Counted from the first letter of the stretch, positions 1 through 14,184 are shown. The stretch: DNA of 64,000 nucleotides from Octopus vulgaris (GCA_951406725.2 OX597828.1:31620001-31684000), one strand, 5' to 3'. Program-made: numbers and translations. The notes: generated by a model not told the origin, from the letters alone.

Positions 1-35
1 AACGTTCCAACACGCTGAATTGTGTGTGTGTATGT

Positions 36-67
<32 letters not shown>

Positions 68-1522
68 ATGGTGTGGCATATACCGCAGACGGCACAGTTT
101 GAGAATATCACTGAAAATATGGAACGTAATATGTGCCTTAGTATAAGGAATCGTTACGGCCATATTTAAACGTAATTGGCCTCATTTTAAAATAGCTTCT
201 CGATAGATCTTTGCCTTTCATAATGAAAAAAAAAAGATAAACATTTAGTACAAAAATTGCTACGCACTAAATATTTTAGTGAATATGTTATCCTGGAATC
301 ATCGACTCGTGGTTTTTCTTGTTTTGTTTTTATACTGATGATCACAGAAAGAAATTATAGTGTATATATCCTCAGGGAACTTACTCTGGTTGATGACAGT
401 CACACAATAACGCAAAAATTCTACTATCTAGAGCAGAAATGCTGTAGCAAACAACAGGTTCAGGTGGCACATTTCATTCTCATTTATGCCTCTACGTGTC
501 TAGAGATTTGGAAACACGTGCATACACTCCCATATTCATATCAATTTTTGCCAATTATAACAGGCAATTAAGGAAGATTTGTATTAGCGCTGATATCACC
601 TTGTGAGTTTGTTTCAACATAGGTAGGTAAACTATTAAATCTCATATCTGTTAATCCAAAGTTTCTGAACATATTGAGAATGCTTATTATAAATTGATAT
701 CTCCCTCTAGAGTGAAAGCAACGAACTGGTATTCGACATTTATAGATTTCATCCAAGAATCATAGTCACTGCATTGCCTAGGAAACGTACATAAAAATAG
801 CGGAAAGTAATGGCGTTGATATATTACATTCAAAGTTGAGCAGCAGAAATAATTTGAAGATATTTATTTTTGATCCTAACAATTTTACCAAAAACGTCGA
901 TAAGCTGATATATTTTGAGATTTTTACATTTCTTGATGTTTTAATAACTTTGAAATCCCTTACAATTTTTTTTTAATATTATCGTTTTAATTAATTATTT
1001 TTTCATCCTCTAGACCGCAGATAATAACTTTATACCCAGCATAATAAAATGCAACATCAATTTGTCTGATGGACTGATGAAAATGTATATCAAATTAATT
1101 AATGCTTATGTCATCGCTTTACATACTCTCGTTCCGCTGAGTCCTTGAATGTATTGTATTAATAATACAGGATTTGATTTCAATGGCAATAATAGAATGA
1201 CCCTTATGTATATAATCCTTGATTTATGCTTTGTTCAGCTGTGTACTTCATGTAGACTTAAAGGGGCTTTCTATCAAACGTCTATGAAATGTTCCTATGC
1301 AGGTTAATTTGTTTTAGCATCAAGGATTTGAACCTATAACGTCAGAGATTTATTGTGATTTATTTTCCATGACTGTTCTAATATCCCTTAAGACGTGCTG
1401 CTTTGTCTACTTAAGAGCAGTGATCATTTCATCAATTCAAAAATTTGAACATATATGTACTATAGTTTTTCAGTTACTTGGCAGCATTACCTGTCATCCG
1501 AACGAAAATTGTTACTAATATA

Positions 1523-1756
1523 TATTTCGTTACAACCCACAAGGAGCTAAACTTAGAAGGGACAAACAAGGACAGACAAACGGATTAAGTCGATTATATC
1601 GACCCCAGTGCGAAACTGGTACTTTATTTATCGACCCCGAAAGGATGAAAGGCAAAGTCAACCTCGGCGGAATTTCAACTCACAACGTAACGCAGACGAA
1701 ATACCGCGAAGCATTTCGCCCGGCGCGCTAACGTATCTGCCAGCTCGCCGCCCTTT
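1523..1756 (-). mobile_element. tRNA-derived SINE, full-length monomer with 14-bp target-site duplication
   Basis: The minus strand reads GGCGGCGAGCTGGCAG...GAGTTGAAATTCCGCCGAGG (A/B-box-like head), then the core CTTTCATCCTTTCGGGGTCGATAAATAAAGTACCAG. It is homologous to 2713-2950. The direct repeat TTGTTACTAATATA flanks it at 1509-1522 and 1757-1770. Confidence 0.9.
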
Positions 1757-2712
1757 TTGTTACTAATATAACTATGGTGAACCTTTTCCTAGTATCATCA
1801 TTCAAAATACTCCTTGTTTAAATGCTTCTCACAAACAATCCATTTTCCTTTCGTTGTCCATGTGTAGCAAGGGAATTTGTCTTCAGTTCAATATCTGGTA
1901 ACATTCTTTCCAACAGACTTCATAAATAGTCTTTCTTGGTAGATAGATCTTCAGCTCAGGAGAACATTTTAGGTTTATTAGATATTCATACAACTGACTC
2001 CTTCCTCGCTAATTCCGCCAATACTTTTTCATATCCTGGATATCATAATGTCACCAAGAATGACCGGCATGTATATTTTGTAACAAAATCATCTGAAATT
2101 ACTAAACTAATATCCCATAAGATTGATTAAATTCAAATAATTTCTTCGTGCAATTTTTGCGGGGATGATTGTATTTTGTTGAATAAAAATGAAAATATTC
2201 ATCTTCACTTTGAAATAGAGACTTCGAAGTTTTTCCTCTCACTTTGTTACATACACGCGGGAGCACACACATACACACCCAAACACATATATATATATAT
2301 ATATTTCGGTTGTGTATTGCTCATCTAGGGTTGATAACAATAACTTTCCTGAGGTAACTATATATCACGTATACCTTATCGTTCTCTAAATTAGTAGAGT
2401 AGCAAAATCTCTCAGACAAATGGTTCGCAGTTTAATATTTCGCTTATCAGGAAAACAAAACTTTTGCACATAGAGAATATTTACAATTATGAAAGCTGAT
2501 TTTACAATCTTGAATTAGCCTAACTTTATATTTTGTTCTTTGTTGTGACACATGATACAAAAATAATTCCTTCTTTACAAACACCATTCGATTCTTCATC
2601 CAACACTAGATTTGTATAATGGAAAGAATCTAATTGCGGTTTGTACAATCATGTCAACGTTGTCTCTCATGTATTTCATGTAGGATCCTTGATGCCCTCA
2701 TATATATAACAA

Positions 2713-3106
2713 TATAAGGCGGCGAGCTGGCAGAAACGTTAGCACGCCGGGAGAAATGCTTAGCAGTATTTCGTCTGCCACTACGTTCTGAGTTTAAATT
2801 CCGCCGAGGTTGACTTCGCCTTTCATCCTTTCAGGGTCGATTAAATAAGTTCCAGTTACGCACTGGGGTCGATACTATCGACTTAATCCGTTTGTCAGTC
2901 CTTGTTTGTCCCCTCGGCGTGTAGTCCCTTGTGGGTAGTAAAGAAATAGGTATTTCATCTGTCATTATGTTGTGAATTGAAATTCCACCGACGTCGACAT
3001 TACCTTTCATACTTTAAGGCTCGATAAATTAAGTACCAGTTGCGTACTGGGGTCGATCTAATCAAGTGGCCTCAAACATTTAGGACTTGTGCCTGGAGTA
3101 GAAAGG
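2713..3106 (+). mobile_element. tRNA-derived SINE, dimeric form (head+core+tail, then a second core+tail) with 14-bp TSD
   Basis: The head is AAGGCGGCGAGCTGGCAGAAACGTTAGC...GAGTTTAAATTCCGCC. The core TTTCATCCTTTCAGGGTCGA recurs in degenerate form near 3003-3060. CATATATATAACAA flanks it at 2699-2712 and 3107-3120. Confidence 0.9.
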
Positions 3107-6011
3107 CATATATATAACAACATGTAAAACTCCGCTATTTAGCTGGTGTATAGCAATAATAGTACCTTCATTTCAATCCAAGCTAAAACTTTCAATCGAG
3201 TGAAGATCCAATTTAACAATACTATTTTACATGACTTAGATTCTTCCTGTTTAAGTTACATATGATCATACGTATATAAGAGTTAAGCTGATAAATTATA
3301 ATGATAAGACCTCTAAGAGAGTACTGGAATATGATCGGATCATTCAGAAACTTTCCCTAGTTGATTACTGTGTATATGTTTCAGTAAACATTCGTAGAAA
3401 TTACTACATCATTTATATGACTCGTAATTCTATAACATGCTCTTATTGAAATGCATAAAACGTTTTTCATTGTTAAAAGCCGGCTTGGGACTGTTATAAG
3501 AAATTCTTCATAGCATTTTACAATATTTGGCGTTTATGTTATTGGAGTTATTAACTCAAAGTGGAGTCAATGGCAATGAGAATTATTACATGGGTTAATG
3601 TACTCGATTAACAATCCCCTTCTATTGAGCATTCCAAATTTCCTATTTTCAATAAATGTGATGAAGAATTCCTGATGGTTACAATAACAGCTGAGATACT
3701 CATATTTGTTTTGTCTATAAAAATATCGGTTTAAGTGAAAAGAAATGCTACAAACTTGCCATTCGAAACCGCAATATTCTTCTTCGGTGCCCATTGTTAT
3801 CTATTACCATGTACTCTGTTCCTTGTTTTTATTAGAAATATCAATTCAATTTCTCTCCTCTAGTGTATAAAGAAAAACAACTAAAGATATGTGTATGTAA
3901 AACATACCACTTCACACAGTGGTCTTGTTTTACAATATTCAATATCATTCTGCTTTCGCTAGTAAATAATTCCGGTTATTTTTAACAGTCTGGCTTCTGA
4001 TTCTGATTGAAACTTTCTGATTTTAAAGAGAAATCAATACAGAAACTGCCCAACCGTATCATTTCTCCTGCCAGAAACATGATCACGTATACAGCAGGTC
4101 TGAAAAGCGGATCTATTGAAGTGCGTCTCAGTTTAATTTAATTATGGATTTCTCTAATCTCTAAGCGTGCAGGTTTAGTCAGAACATGTGAAATCAATGG
4201 AAATTCATGTTGACAGAATTAGACAAAATATCTGCAATGGGCATGGCACAAGGTTTAGTGTAGCGAAGAGAAAAAATGAGTTCAATTAATCAGTGGAATT
4301 GATTGAATCTCGATTTTAGTTTCTATTTATTGAACTGTTTATCGATTTCTTTAACAGTTGTTTATTTTACTTCCAATGTTCTATTAAAAATGGTGGCATA
4401 TTTAACTAGTCTTAGAGACTTAGGACAAATGATCTGGCATAAATTAGAACGATAGAATAACACAAAAGATATAATGAAAAAAAGTATTATTATTATTATT
4501 GCTGCTGTTCTTATTGTAGTTGTTGTTCCTTGTCTAAACAACCGTATTGTCGCTTGTTCTAAAAGTTTGGATTGTTACCGCATTTCTGTGATTAAATGTT
4601 GTTCCTTTTTCGATTTGCATACAAAAGAACCGTATTTGAAATTAGAAGCAAATGTCCCTGTACAGAACGAATGTTTAAATTTCTGTTTTGTTAAACATAA
4701 TTATGATGTGGACACATGGAGAAACCGGTGTCAACAACACCAACAGAATAGAATTTCTAATCTAATAAAGAACAGAACACGATTGCAAAGAAAATTAAGA
4801 ATATTAAATGCACAAACACGCAAAACACAAGAATTGAAATAGAAATGATTATCATATGTATTTTTATTAACTTTGAAAGACGAGATACGGGTGATGATTT
4901 TTCTAAAGAATAACAACTACTACAGCATGAAAAGAAATATATATTTGCACACGCACATTGTGTCAAAAAGTAAACGGAAATATTTTTTTAAAATTTGTAT
5001 TCCAACGGTGAAACTGGACATGGCTCAATGCATGCAGAAATGTAGTCTGGCAAAAATACAGTAAACCAGACTGCTGAGTCCTGAGCATTTCTAAGAATTT
5101 ACAGCGTACAAGCATTCGAATTTTCGCATCCTAAAATGTGGGCTTTCATTAGGTCTTAAATAGGAGAGATAAGCGGTTGTGCTTGACGCGCTGGGAGATT
5201 GTCACCAATGAAAAGAATTAAAACAACTGTAATGCATCTCCGGTATTTAAAATGGAGAGTAAACCAGAACATTTGCTAAAAGCTAAGAATGCCACACGTA
5301 TCTTTTAACATAATACATGAACCACCACAAAACAATGAAATAAAATACAATGATGTTGAATCAAGTCTCCTTGTATGGATACGAAATGAGTGAAGATCTG
5401 ATAGAAAGAGGAATTTTGTCAAGTGTAGTAGAATAAAACTCTATACTTGATCTGTAAAAAATTGGGGACACTCACAGCCGAAGCCACTTTTGTGACAGTA
5501 CATAGGAGGCGTCCGACTGAGGTTCTACATGTCTCTCACTTTATTTCTGTAATTATTGATGTTTTGTATGAAAGGGACGAGGTTTAAGGGACACTGTCAT
5601 TACAATTGTTTGTGTCTTTAACTATTCAAATGAAAATGAATATATAAAACGTACAGCTTGTCGTTAACTGCTAAGATTTCTACTCGGACATCGTTTCCGA
5701 CAGCTTATTAGTTCTAGACTTCCTCTGTTTCACGTAGCGTCAGAAAATGTTTTAGTTTGTCGATGAACTTGTTATTGAAATGATTTCTTGTATTTTTGTT
5801 CACAGCTTTTGTTATTATGCTCTCTAACTAAAATTTAGTTGATTTATAGTCAAGTCTATCTTATGCTGTTAATTGTTTATCGTAGAATCGAAGATGCACA
5901 ATTGTTGTGGCACTATTTTTCAGGGAATGACTATATTCATGATGTTATCGTAACGCAAGTGAAATGATTTTTGAAGATATGTTATTTGAAAACTTTTGCA
6001 TATAGAAGAAA

Positions 6012-6640
6012 TTATCATTGTTGTTGTTGCTGTTGTTGTTCTTTCTCAGAGCACTCGGTCTTTTTTTGCACTGGTTTATCCGGTGAGAGCAGAAATCAGC
6101 CTGTTGTCAGACGTCTCACAGTATGGCTTTCCGCACGTTATAAGCTTTGATACTTGGTTCTTAATTACCGTGGAAGACATTACACGTCCCATTACCAATC
6201 TCAAAACCGTAGTTGTCCCCAGCAGAGCAGTGTTTTGTGATCGCTCTGCTTCCATGTCAATCTCGTTTTCTCTGATATATTTCTTGAACTTGGTTGTCAG
6301 TGCTCCGAGCGCCTCCTCAGCTACTGGAATGACAGACACTCTCCTCGTAGTTCACATTCTTGCAATTTCATGTTTTAGTAGCTTGTATTTCTTCATCATT
6401 TCCAGTTCATTATCATCTACTCGTGCATACCCAGGTATAGCAATATATATGACCTTGGTTTCCTTTATCCTTCATCTACCACAACAGTATTTAGTCTCCG
6501 AGCATCAAATAGGGAGTCACATTGAATTGTAAAATCGCACAGTATGTTATGTTCTTTGTTCTCGATGGCACATTTCCATGTTTGTATCATTTGCGTGTAC
6601 CCCCCAGGCCATACGTTTCAAATAGCCTCCATTCCATTAA
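6012..6640 (-). mobile_element. 5'-truncated, decayed R4/Dong-like LINE 3' end (restriction-like endonuclease remnant, 3' UTR, (AAC/AAT) tail)
   Basis: The minus-strand translation gives ILCDFTIQCD..ARRLNTVVVDE..KVIYIAIPGYARV..KKYKLLKHEIARM*..VSVIPVAEEALGA..QNTALLGTTTVLRLVMG. This parallels the C-terminus of ORF 31208-33994 (ILWDFPV..RPDIIV..KYKDLEIEIQRMW..VPVIVGALG..LTSTAHILRK). Confidence 0.85.
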
Positions 6641-8965
6641 GGTGATTAGTTGTCAGAACCATTAGCACGATAAACAAAATCATACACAACATTTAGTCCT
6701 TCTATGTGCTGTTCTTGTTGTTATGTTTATTATACTTGTTGGTATCTGTATTACAACCCTGATAATTATTATGACAATGAATAGCGAAGGCATAGGCTAT
6801 TGTATGGAGTAATATTTAATAAAATTAATTAGAACAAACGCTATCGCTAAAAATGCTGGACAACTCATGGCTAAGTAATTCTGCAGAATCCTATAACATA
6901 AAGGTATATAGGCTAAATACGTAGACTACATTCATCGTGTTTCCGTGTATTCCAAAGTGAATATAAAAATACGTATACATATATATACAACACACACACA
7001 CATATGTATATATATATATATATATATATACATATATACACATAAGCTAAATGCACATAACTGGGATATTAAAGAACACTAGGATATTCATCCAGCAGAA
7101 ACACGTCTTGGATTGCAATTTGATCAGAATAATGCTTAAATAAATAATTTTTGAAGATATAGAATTATGGCTTTATGATGCTTAGATTATGAAATCTAGG
7201 GGAGTGAACTCAGGATTTACCTGTAGAGTGAAGAACTGTTCAATTCGTTGTCTTAAACGATTTTGTACGTTCCCTATCTATTGGCATGATTTACAGATTT
7301 GTTATGAAGTAAATGAACTGCCTGATACACCAACGACGCTTAAGAGAATTGTACTGAAGTTAAAACTTTAAAATATCTATGCACACTAAATGCGACACTG
7401 AAATTATGTAACATGCATTGTGTACATTCCCATTATTGGTAGAAAAAAATATGCGAAATTAGCTGCGTGTCAGTTCAGAGGTTATGTCTTTCGAATTTAT
7501 TGTTCTGCTACATTAAGTAAATTAATGCTTTGCAAATAATTCGCTAATAGTATGTTGTATATAAAGAGGTATACCTCCGCTGTAAGTGCAAAAGACACAT
7601 TACAGTCACATCAAAAGTCTTCACAGCGCAACTGTAAAACTGCTTCACATACGGATCCTATACTAATTGAACTTGGCTGCACCATGGAAGGAACACTGCC
7701 ACAGTGTAGATATAGTAGATGTTATGTAAGGAATGCATATGTTTGCACGGATTATTTCGAGCATATAGTTGCGAAAGAAATTCCGTTCCCTGTAGACAAG
7801 AAATACTAATCGTTTTACTTCCTAATAAATGCAATAAATCAATTAGTCCTCCAATTAGATTACTTTGAAAACACGTGCAGGCTTTCATTTGATTTCCATT
7901 TTTCTTATGCCTTAAAACAAACACTATCTTCTGAATTTAAATTAACCGAAAAAATAAGACCCGGTGCCTTAGCTGGGTCTTATGTTGATAAAACCAAGCT
8001 AAATAATGGGTTTTTTTCTTATCTTGGACACACGAAGCAGAAAGTAGTCACTTTTGAAGAAACCAATCCGTACTTAGTGTATTATATGTAACTTCCGATG
8101 AAATATATGTTCACAGGAACGAAACGCTACTGATATTTATCCGTATATATCAAAATGTATGAACCCATTTAGATACAGTATTCAAGGAAACTTAAACTTC
8201 GTAACCCTGCAGACATGAGATGACATTTTAACATGTAGCCAGCTTTTCAGCGACTAGGTGTAGGAACGGTTTATAGGAAATAAGAGTGACCATCTTTAAG
8301 AGGACATGTTATGATACGGGAAATTAATGGGAGTAGAAATTTTATAGAAAATCAAAAGGAAATGAAGAGATATGAGATAGAATTCAGAGAAAGTTTAGAA
8401 GCATAATTAATGTGAGGGTCAGTGCCTGGGGTGAGAATAGGCAGAAAACAGCTTCTGATAATTGTTGGGCTCCTGTGAAATGTAATGTACTGATAATTGC
8501 TGCAGATGTTAATGGCATTAATTTTATTAATGTAGGAGATGACAATGATAATAATTCCAGTTTTCTAAGACATGAAGGATAGTATCGACTAGATGCTATC
8601 CGTTATGTTCATACTGTTATTTATTTTTTTTTATATCTCTTCTCGAATGCTGAGAGGGCTGAAACGAAAATTCATCTTACGCGAAGTATAAAACCTTAAA
8701 ATAAATTGGATTTGATGTGCCACTAGGCCTTTAGAGATGAAAGAGAAAATAAAAACCCTTTGAGATTTCAGCTCATGACGTAAATGAGGAAGGTGAATCA
8801 ATTTGTGCATCTTGTTCCACCGTCTGTTCAGTACTTCATTCTTTGCTTGTTGTTACGACGTAAACTGATATCATTTGCAGAGACGGAATCACCTCAAATT
8901 GAATCAACTGTGATATATTGTCACTTCATGTGCATTGATCGTTATCACTACACTCGAAAGAGGGA

Positions 8966-8999
8966 AATAATAATAATGATGATGATGATGATGATGGTG

Positions 9000-9078
<79 letters not shown>

Positions 9079-9125
9079 CAACGATAATAATAATAATAAC
9101 AATAATAATAGCAACAACAACAAAA
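8966..9125 (+). repeat. Compound (AAT)n/(GAT)n/(AAC)n microsatellite
   Basis: Directly visible. Confidence 0.97.
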
Positions 9126-9452
9126 ATAACGGCAAAAACATCGAAACAAGAAGAAGTGAGGTTTAGTATGATTTGAAGCCTTATAACGTGTAAGAAACAT
9201 ACACAATTCAAAATAATAACATTAATAATAACTATAATTGTTATTTTTGTTCTTATTACTAAAATTATTTTTATTTTTGTCATTATTTTATTACTATTTA
9301 TTTTTGGTATGCTATGTAATGTCCCTTCTTTTCCAGTGTATACCGTGTATACTTATGGTTTTTTAAAATCATTTTATTATTATACCCAAGCAGCCTCAAT
9401 TTATGTCTATCGGCGTTCCTCCCATCCTTCGCCCTTGTGACAAAGAAATGAC

Positions 9453-9459
9453 ATTATTA

Positions 9460-9526
<67 letters not shown>

Positions 9527-9546
9527 CATTACTATTATTATTATTA
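9453..9546 (+). repeat. (TTA)n microsatellite
   Basis: Directly visible. It is the reverse complement of the motif at 8966-9125. Confidence 0.97.
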
Positions 9547-9886
9547 GTGGCGAAGCCTTACTGCAAGCCCTCGTCCTGTGTCCGCGCATTGGTGACATGT
9601 GGGGTTACGTCGAACAGTTACGGTGACATGTGGAACTGTATAAGTCTGTAACACTTTCCAGACATTTATAATTTAATTATATATGCATATAGTTGCATAT
9701 CTAGACATGCAACTGTATGCATCAGAAGTCATACAAAAATAAAACATAAAAATCTGCATGTAGACATACATGTCGATGTTGTTGAAATTCCAATGATCTA
9801 GGGAAAATCTTGAAATAGCACTGAATAATGACATACATATATTTATACATACATATATACATACATAGACTTATACGTGCCTTTGC

Positions 9887-10207
9887 GTAAGAAGATTGTT
9901 TCCAATCCACAAACCTACAAGTTCAGTGCCACAACGTGTCTAATTCGGCAAGTGATTTTCTGCTATAATATTGAGCTGAAAAAATCTTTGTGATTTTATT
10001 TGGTAGACGGAAACTGAAAGAAGTCTGTCGTATATAATATATATGTCTGAGCCGATCTCTGCTTGGCAGGGGTTCGGCTGAGGAGCCCTTTAGAGTAAGT
10101 ACATGGCTTTGAAATAATAAAGATGTGCTGGTGTCGATTTGGTCGACAAAAATACTAAAAAGTGTTACTCAAGCATGGCCACAGTCTAATGATGCAAACA
10201 AGTAAAA
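9887..10207 (+). mobile_element. Decayed SINE remnant(s)
   Basis: There is a degenerate tRNA-like head/CORE-like segment (GTTCAGTGCCAC...GGCAAGTG). The tail AAGCATGGCCACAGTCTAATGATGCAAACAAGTAAAA is shared with copies near 21560 and 37276. Confidence 0.55.
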
Positions 10208-10214
10208 TTTAAAC

Positions 10215-10326
<112 letters not shown>

Positions 10327-13300
10327 TATTAGATATATTCTTCTGTATACACACATACACACCCACATACATATACAGATATGTATTTATATTATTTTTT
10401 GGTAAATATGTGTTTGTTTTATACATAAATATATGGCAAATATATTTTTATTGCCTACTTTGTAAGCCTTTTGGTAATATTAATTCTGACATTGTAGAGA
10501 GCAATAACTTGAAAGAGAATTTATCCATACAAGAAGTAATTTACAGAGAACCTTGCTAGCTTTAATCGTATCTATAATCGTGTATGCATTCGCACCCTGT
10601 TCTCTCAATATATTCAATGTTCTAGAAATGTTCCAACTTGTATATGTACAGCAACTATGTAAGTGCTTCTGTCGCCGACCTCAACCCTCGTATGAAATAA
10701 ATTGTTTTCCTCTCTAACCTACAAAAAAGTATGCACCGATTTACACTAATGCATTCCTGTTTTAATCTTTACAAGTGGTACTTATTTATCGTCGTGTCTC
10801 TTCCATTTTATGTTTCGAAGCATCTATGTAGCACAGGAACTTGAGCATACATGTTTATTGGTGTATTTGTTTTTCTTTTGACAAGTCAGCAAATTCCTGC
10901 AATATTAGCTACTGTTTTTTCATTGTACTGTTGCACACCATCAAACCGACAAAATATAATGATTACAGCCGTTATTGCAGACAAAATCTTACAAGAGCTG
11001 AACTATTATTATTCATAATGACGATGCTCCATCATGGCCGAAGATTTCGAACTAACTTTAGCAAAAAATGACAAAAGAACAACAGACGAGTCTGATTGCT
11101 TTAAATCAATAAATCAATCAATTCATTCATGTGTTTAACACATCAAGAAATATTTTTGTAGATACGTATGTACACACATATACACATATATACGTCTGTG
11201 AATATAAACTCTAATACGTGAACTTCTTGTATGTTAACTAACTCTCTGCTATTTCTTCAATCATGCTATGTCGCCACAGCAATAATATTACCTAAAATGA
11301 TTTCATATTTAATACAAGTAGGATTTTTTTCTCCGTTTAATACAGCTTAATGTAGAATATTTTGTTATAAGCGCTGAAGTCATTTGAATTATTAAGGTCT
11401 CCGTGATTCGTCAACCGTACTTAAGAAAAAAAGTTCTCATGCTCAAAGCAGCTCCGAAGAATATTTATTGAAAAGCAATATTCGAAAAGATTTGTGCTGA
11501 AAATCGTGTGAGGTGTTACTTTATCCTGTTCTCATTTCATCTTCATTTGCATTCATTAGCTACTAGCAACAAATTAGGATGGCATATTAGACATATATAT
11601 CTTCAAGTAAGTAGGTCTACAATGCTGACAAGAGTCATGCTGTTCCTTCTAAGAACTACAAAGCGGTAAAGTATTTCAAATTATTATATTGTGCTTAAGT
11701 GGGAACTAAAGGAACAAATTGAAGCATGACCAAACACAATTCCACTTCCAAGCTAACATATTTCTTCTGAATCGAACATATTTTCACTAATTTTAAGACT
11801 ACAGCAGTATTATTGATTTTCTGCAAGAAATTGTTAATACTCAATCGTTATTGCAATCTCTTCGAGATTGCGTCTATTCTAAATATGGTGCCTAAGGCTT
11901 AACTATCACTTTAAATTAGACAGGTGTGTTAGAAGAATGAGAATCTGATCGAGTTTTCGTACACAAAGTTATTTACAACATTCTCCGTGTTGATACGGTT
12001 TATGTGAAGTTTGACATCACCACATCCTTGCATTAATGCCATAAATAATATAATATTGAATCAAGCAGAAATGTAGCAAACTAATTCGTTAAAGCCAAAA
12101 GCTATTAATCGAGATGTCTGCAAGAGAACCACCAAAATGGGCTTTCTATCTGGATGCATGCATTTTTGAATTGATGCTGTTACATTTATTTTTATATTTA
12201 GCATAATCAAAGACTAGGGTATACTGATCATGCAAGCAATATACATTTGCCTAAATATTAATACCAGTTACCTATGTATTATATCAAACCTAAATTGAAT
12301 AAATTCAATCAAACCTATAAATTAAAACAAGTTAAATATACGTTTATTAAACCGAAATTCTTTCAAGACGATTGCAGGATCGTAATAAATTGCGGTATAG
12401 AAATGATACATCAATTTTTGGTTTATAGTTTTAGGTCCTGAACCACGATTGAGCAGACAAGTTATCATTGTGTTCTAACTGATCTTACAATTCCTGAATG
12501 AGAGATAAGATTAACCAATATCAATTCCATTTCTACTCTGTAGTATAGGGTCTATATTACAGCAAGTTTCATTGCAAGTTCTTGTACGTCTCTCCCAATA
12601 TAGCTAATGCTTCATTTCTTATATGCTTATATATATATATATATATAAATAACTATATATATATAGCTACATACATACACATAGACATACTTGCATACAT
12701 GCATTCATACACATACAAGCTTGCTGTAATGTTTCTGACGCAAAACTACACATATACTGCTGTATGATGTCAACAAGATCTTGTCTTACAACGTCTTATT
12801 TTACGAAGTTTGCTAACACTATTACCTGCAAATTTTCACTCCTAAGAATACAAACACACATGCCCATACACACGCACACTCGCATATACACACAATCAAA
12901 ACCATTCCCCCGTACACACATAAACTCACAAACACGCACACACACACATACGCGCATGTGAAATATTACATTGCATATAGTATTTATATGATTCCTTATT
13001 AACCTGTTTACTAACATAGTTCAGTTTTTTTAAAATATTTATTACAATGTTATAGAACGAATTATCACTCTATTATATAAATATATTATATTATATAAAA
13101 CATGAGACTATACTTCTTAAAACACGTTTATATGACGTTGACCAGCCTGGAATCCTTCCAATTCAGGTAATAAAGTTTATACACAATACATATACTCTCT
13201 TGCTTATATCATCCATGGAATCCTAACATAATAATAATAATTTTCTTGTAAAAGGCATGTTGCCAAATTGTACATATTGTGTGTCTGGATGTTCTGGAAA

Positions 13301-13486
13301 AACATCAGAAAAATTACACTTATATCGAACAAATATTTAATATTGCTTTCTCTCGTTCTCTTTGAAGCTAGCTATTATTTATCTCTGTCGTTTTATTTTA
13401 TATTTGGTAGTATTTTCCAATCTACTCTCATCAATCAGGATCTTACTCAAATATTCCTTAAAAGGGTTGTTTTCTTCTTTACTACC

Positions 13487-13658
13487 GTTCTATATTTAAG
13501 AGATGGGGTATTTTGTACATCATTTACATATGATGGATATTTGTGCATTATTTATAGTTGACGAATATTTGTCCTCATCTTGTCCCCGTGCATATGACGT
13601 AGAGGTTAAGAGCGCGGGCTACTAACCCCAAGATTCCGAGTTCGATTCCAGACAGTGA

Positions 13659-13700
<42 letters not shown>

Positions 13701-13824
13701 CAACATCGAAAATTACCTTAGGAATGAGAACGCAGGTTCGAAATTTCACCAAAGCACCTGATGAAGAGTGGAGGGTAACAACAAAGAAGATGAGGACAAA
13801 CATCTGTCAAATATAAATAATGTC
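13487..13824 (+). mobile_element. tRNA-headed non-autonomous retroelement with inverted 5' arm and hammerhead-like core (copy A)
   Basis: The left arm 13487-13582 is the reverse complement of the element's tail. The tRNA-like head 13588-13662 has TGACGTAGAGG and GAGTTCGATTCC. It is followed by (AAT)n and CTGATGA at 13758-13764. It is homologous to 53778-54268. Confidence 0.8.
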
Positions 13825-14072
13825 AATAAGGTTCTTCTTTACTGGTTATCAGTTACGCCGCACACATATTTTCATTTCTTTTAAAGAGAAGAAATAGGTG
13901 TCCTCGGCATCAAGTACCATTCACATAAGATATTTTGATGTCATGTTACATCAGGTTCCTGGAAATAAGTTTATACATCCATCGTTGGAAAATAAAACTA
14001 TTTTGTCTGACGTTATCTTAGTTTGGCACAATTTCAGATCTCTAATGGTCTGTAATCTAATATAAAAACATA

Positions 14073-14184
14073 TATTCGTCTGTCTTTACCATCTGAGTTC
14101 AAATTCCGCCGTGGTTGACTTTGCCTTTCATAATTTCAGGGTCGATATATTAAATACCAGTTGCGTACTGCGATCGATGTAATC
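14073..14184 (+). mobile_element. SINE fragment (same core family as 2713-3106)
   Basis: GAGTTCAAATTCCGCC...GACTTTGCCTTTCATAATTTCAGGGTCGAT...TACCAGTTGCGTACTG matches the core. Confidence 0.8.

Noticed and set aside
4474-4842. 122-aa ORF with a hydrophobic N-terminus resembling a signal peptide
   Set aside because: The hydrophobic stretch comes from (ATT)/(GCT)/(GTT) repeats. There is no recognisable domain or splice support.
5996-6532. 178-aa plus-strand ORF
   Set aside because: It is the antisense shadow of the minus-strand R4-like endonuclease remnant.
13588-13662. Functional tRNA gene (apparent ACT anticodon), also at 53919-53993
   Set aside because: The acceptor and T stems pair poorly, there is no oligo-T terminator, and both copies sit inside a repeated element. 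They are treated as SINE heads.
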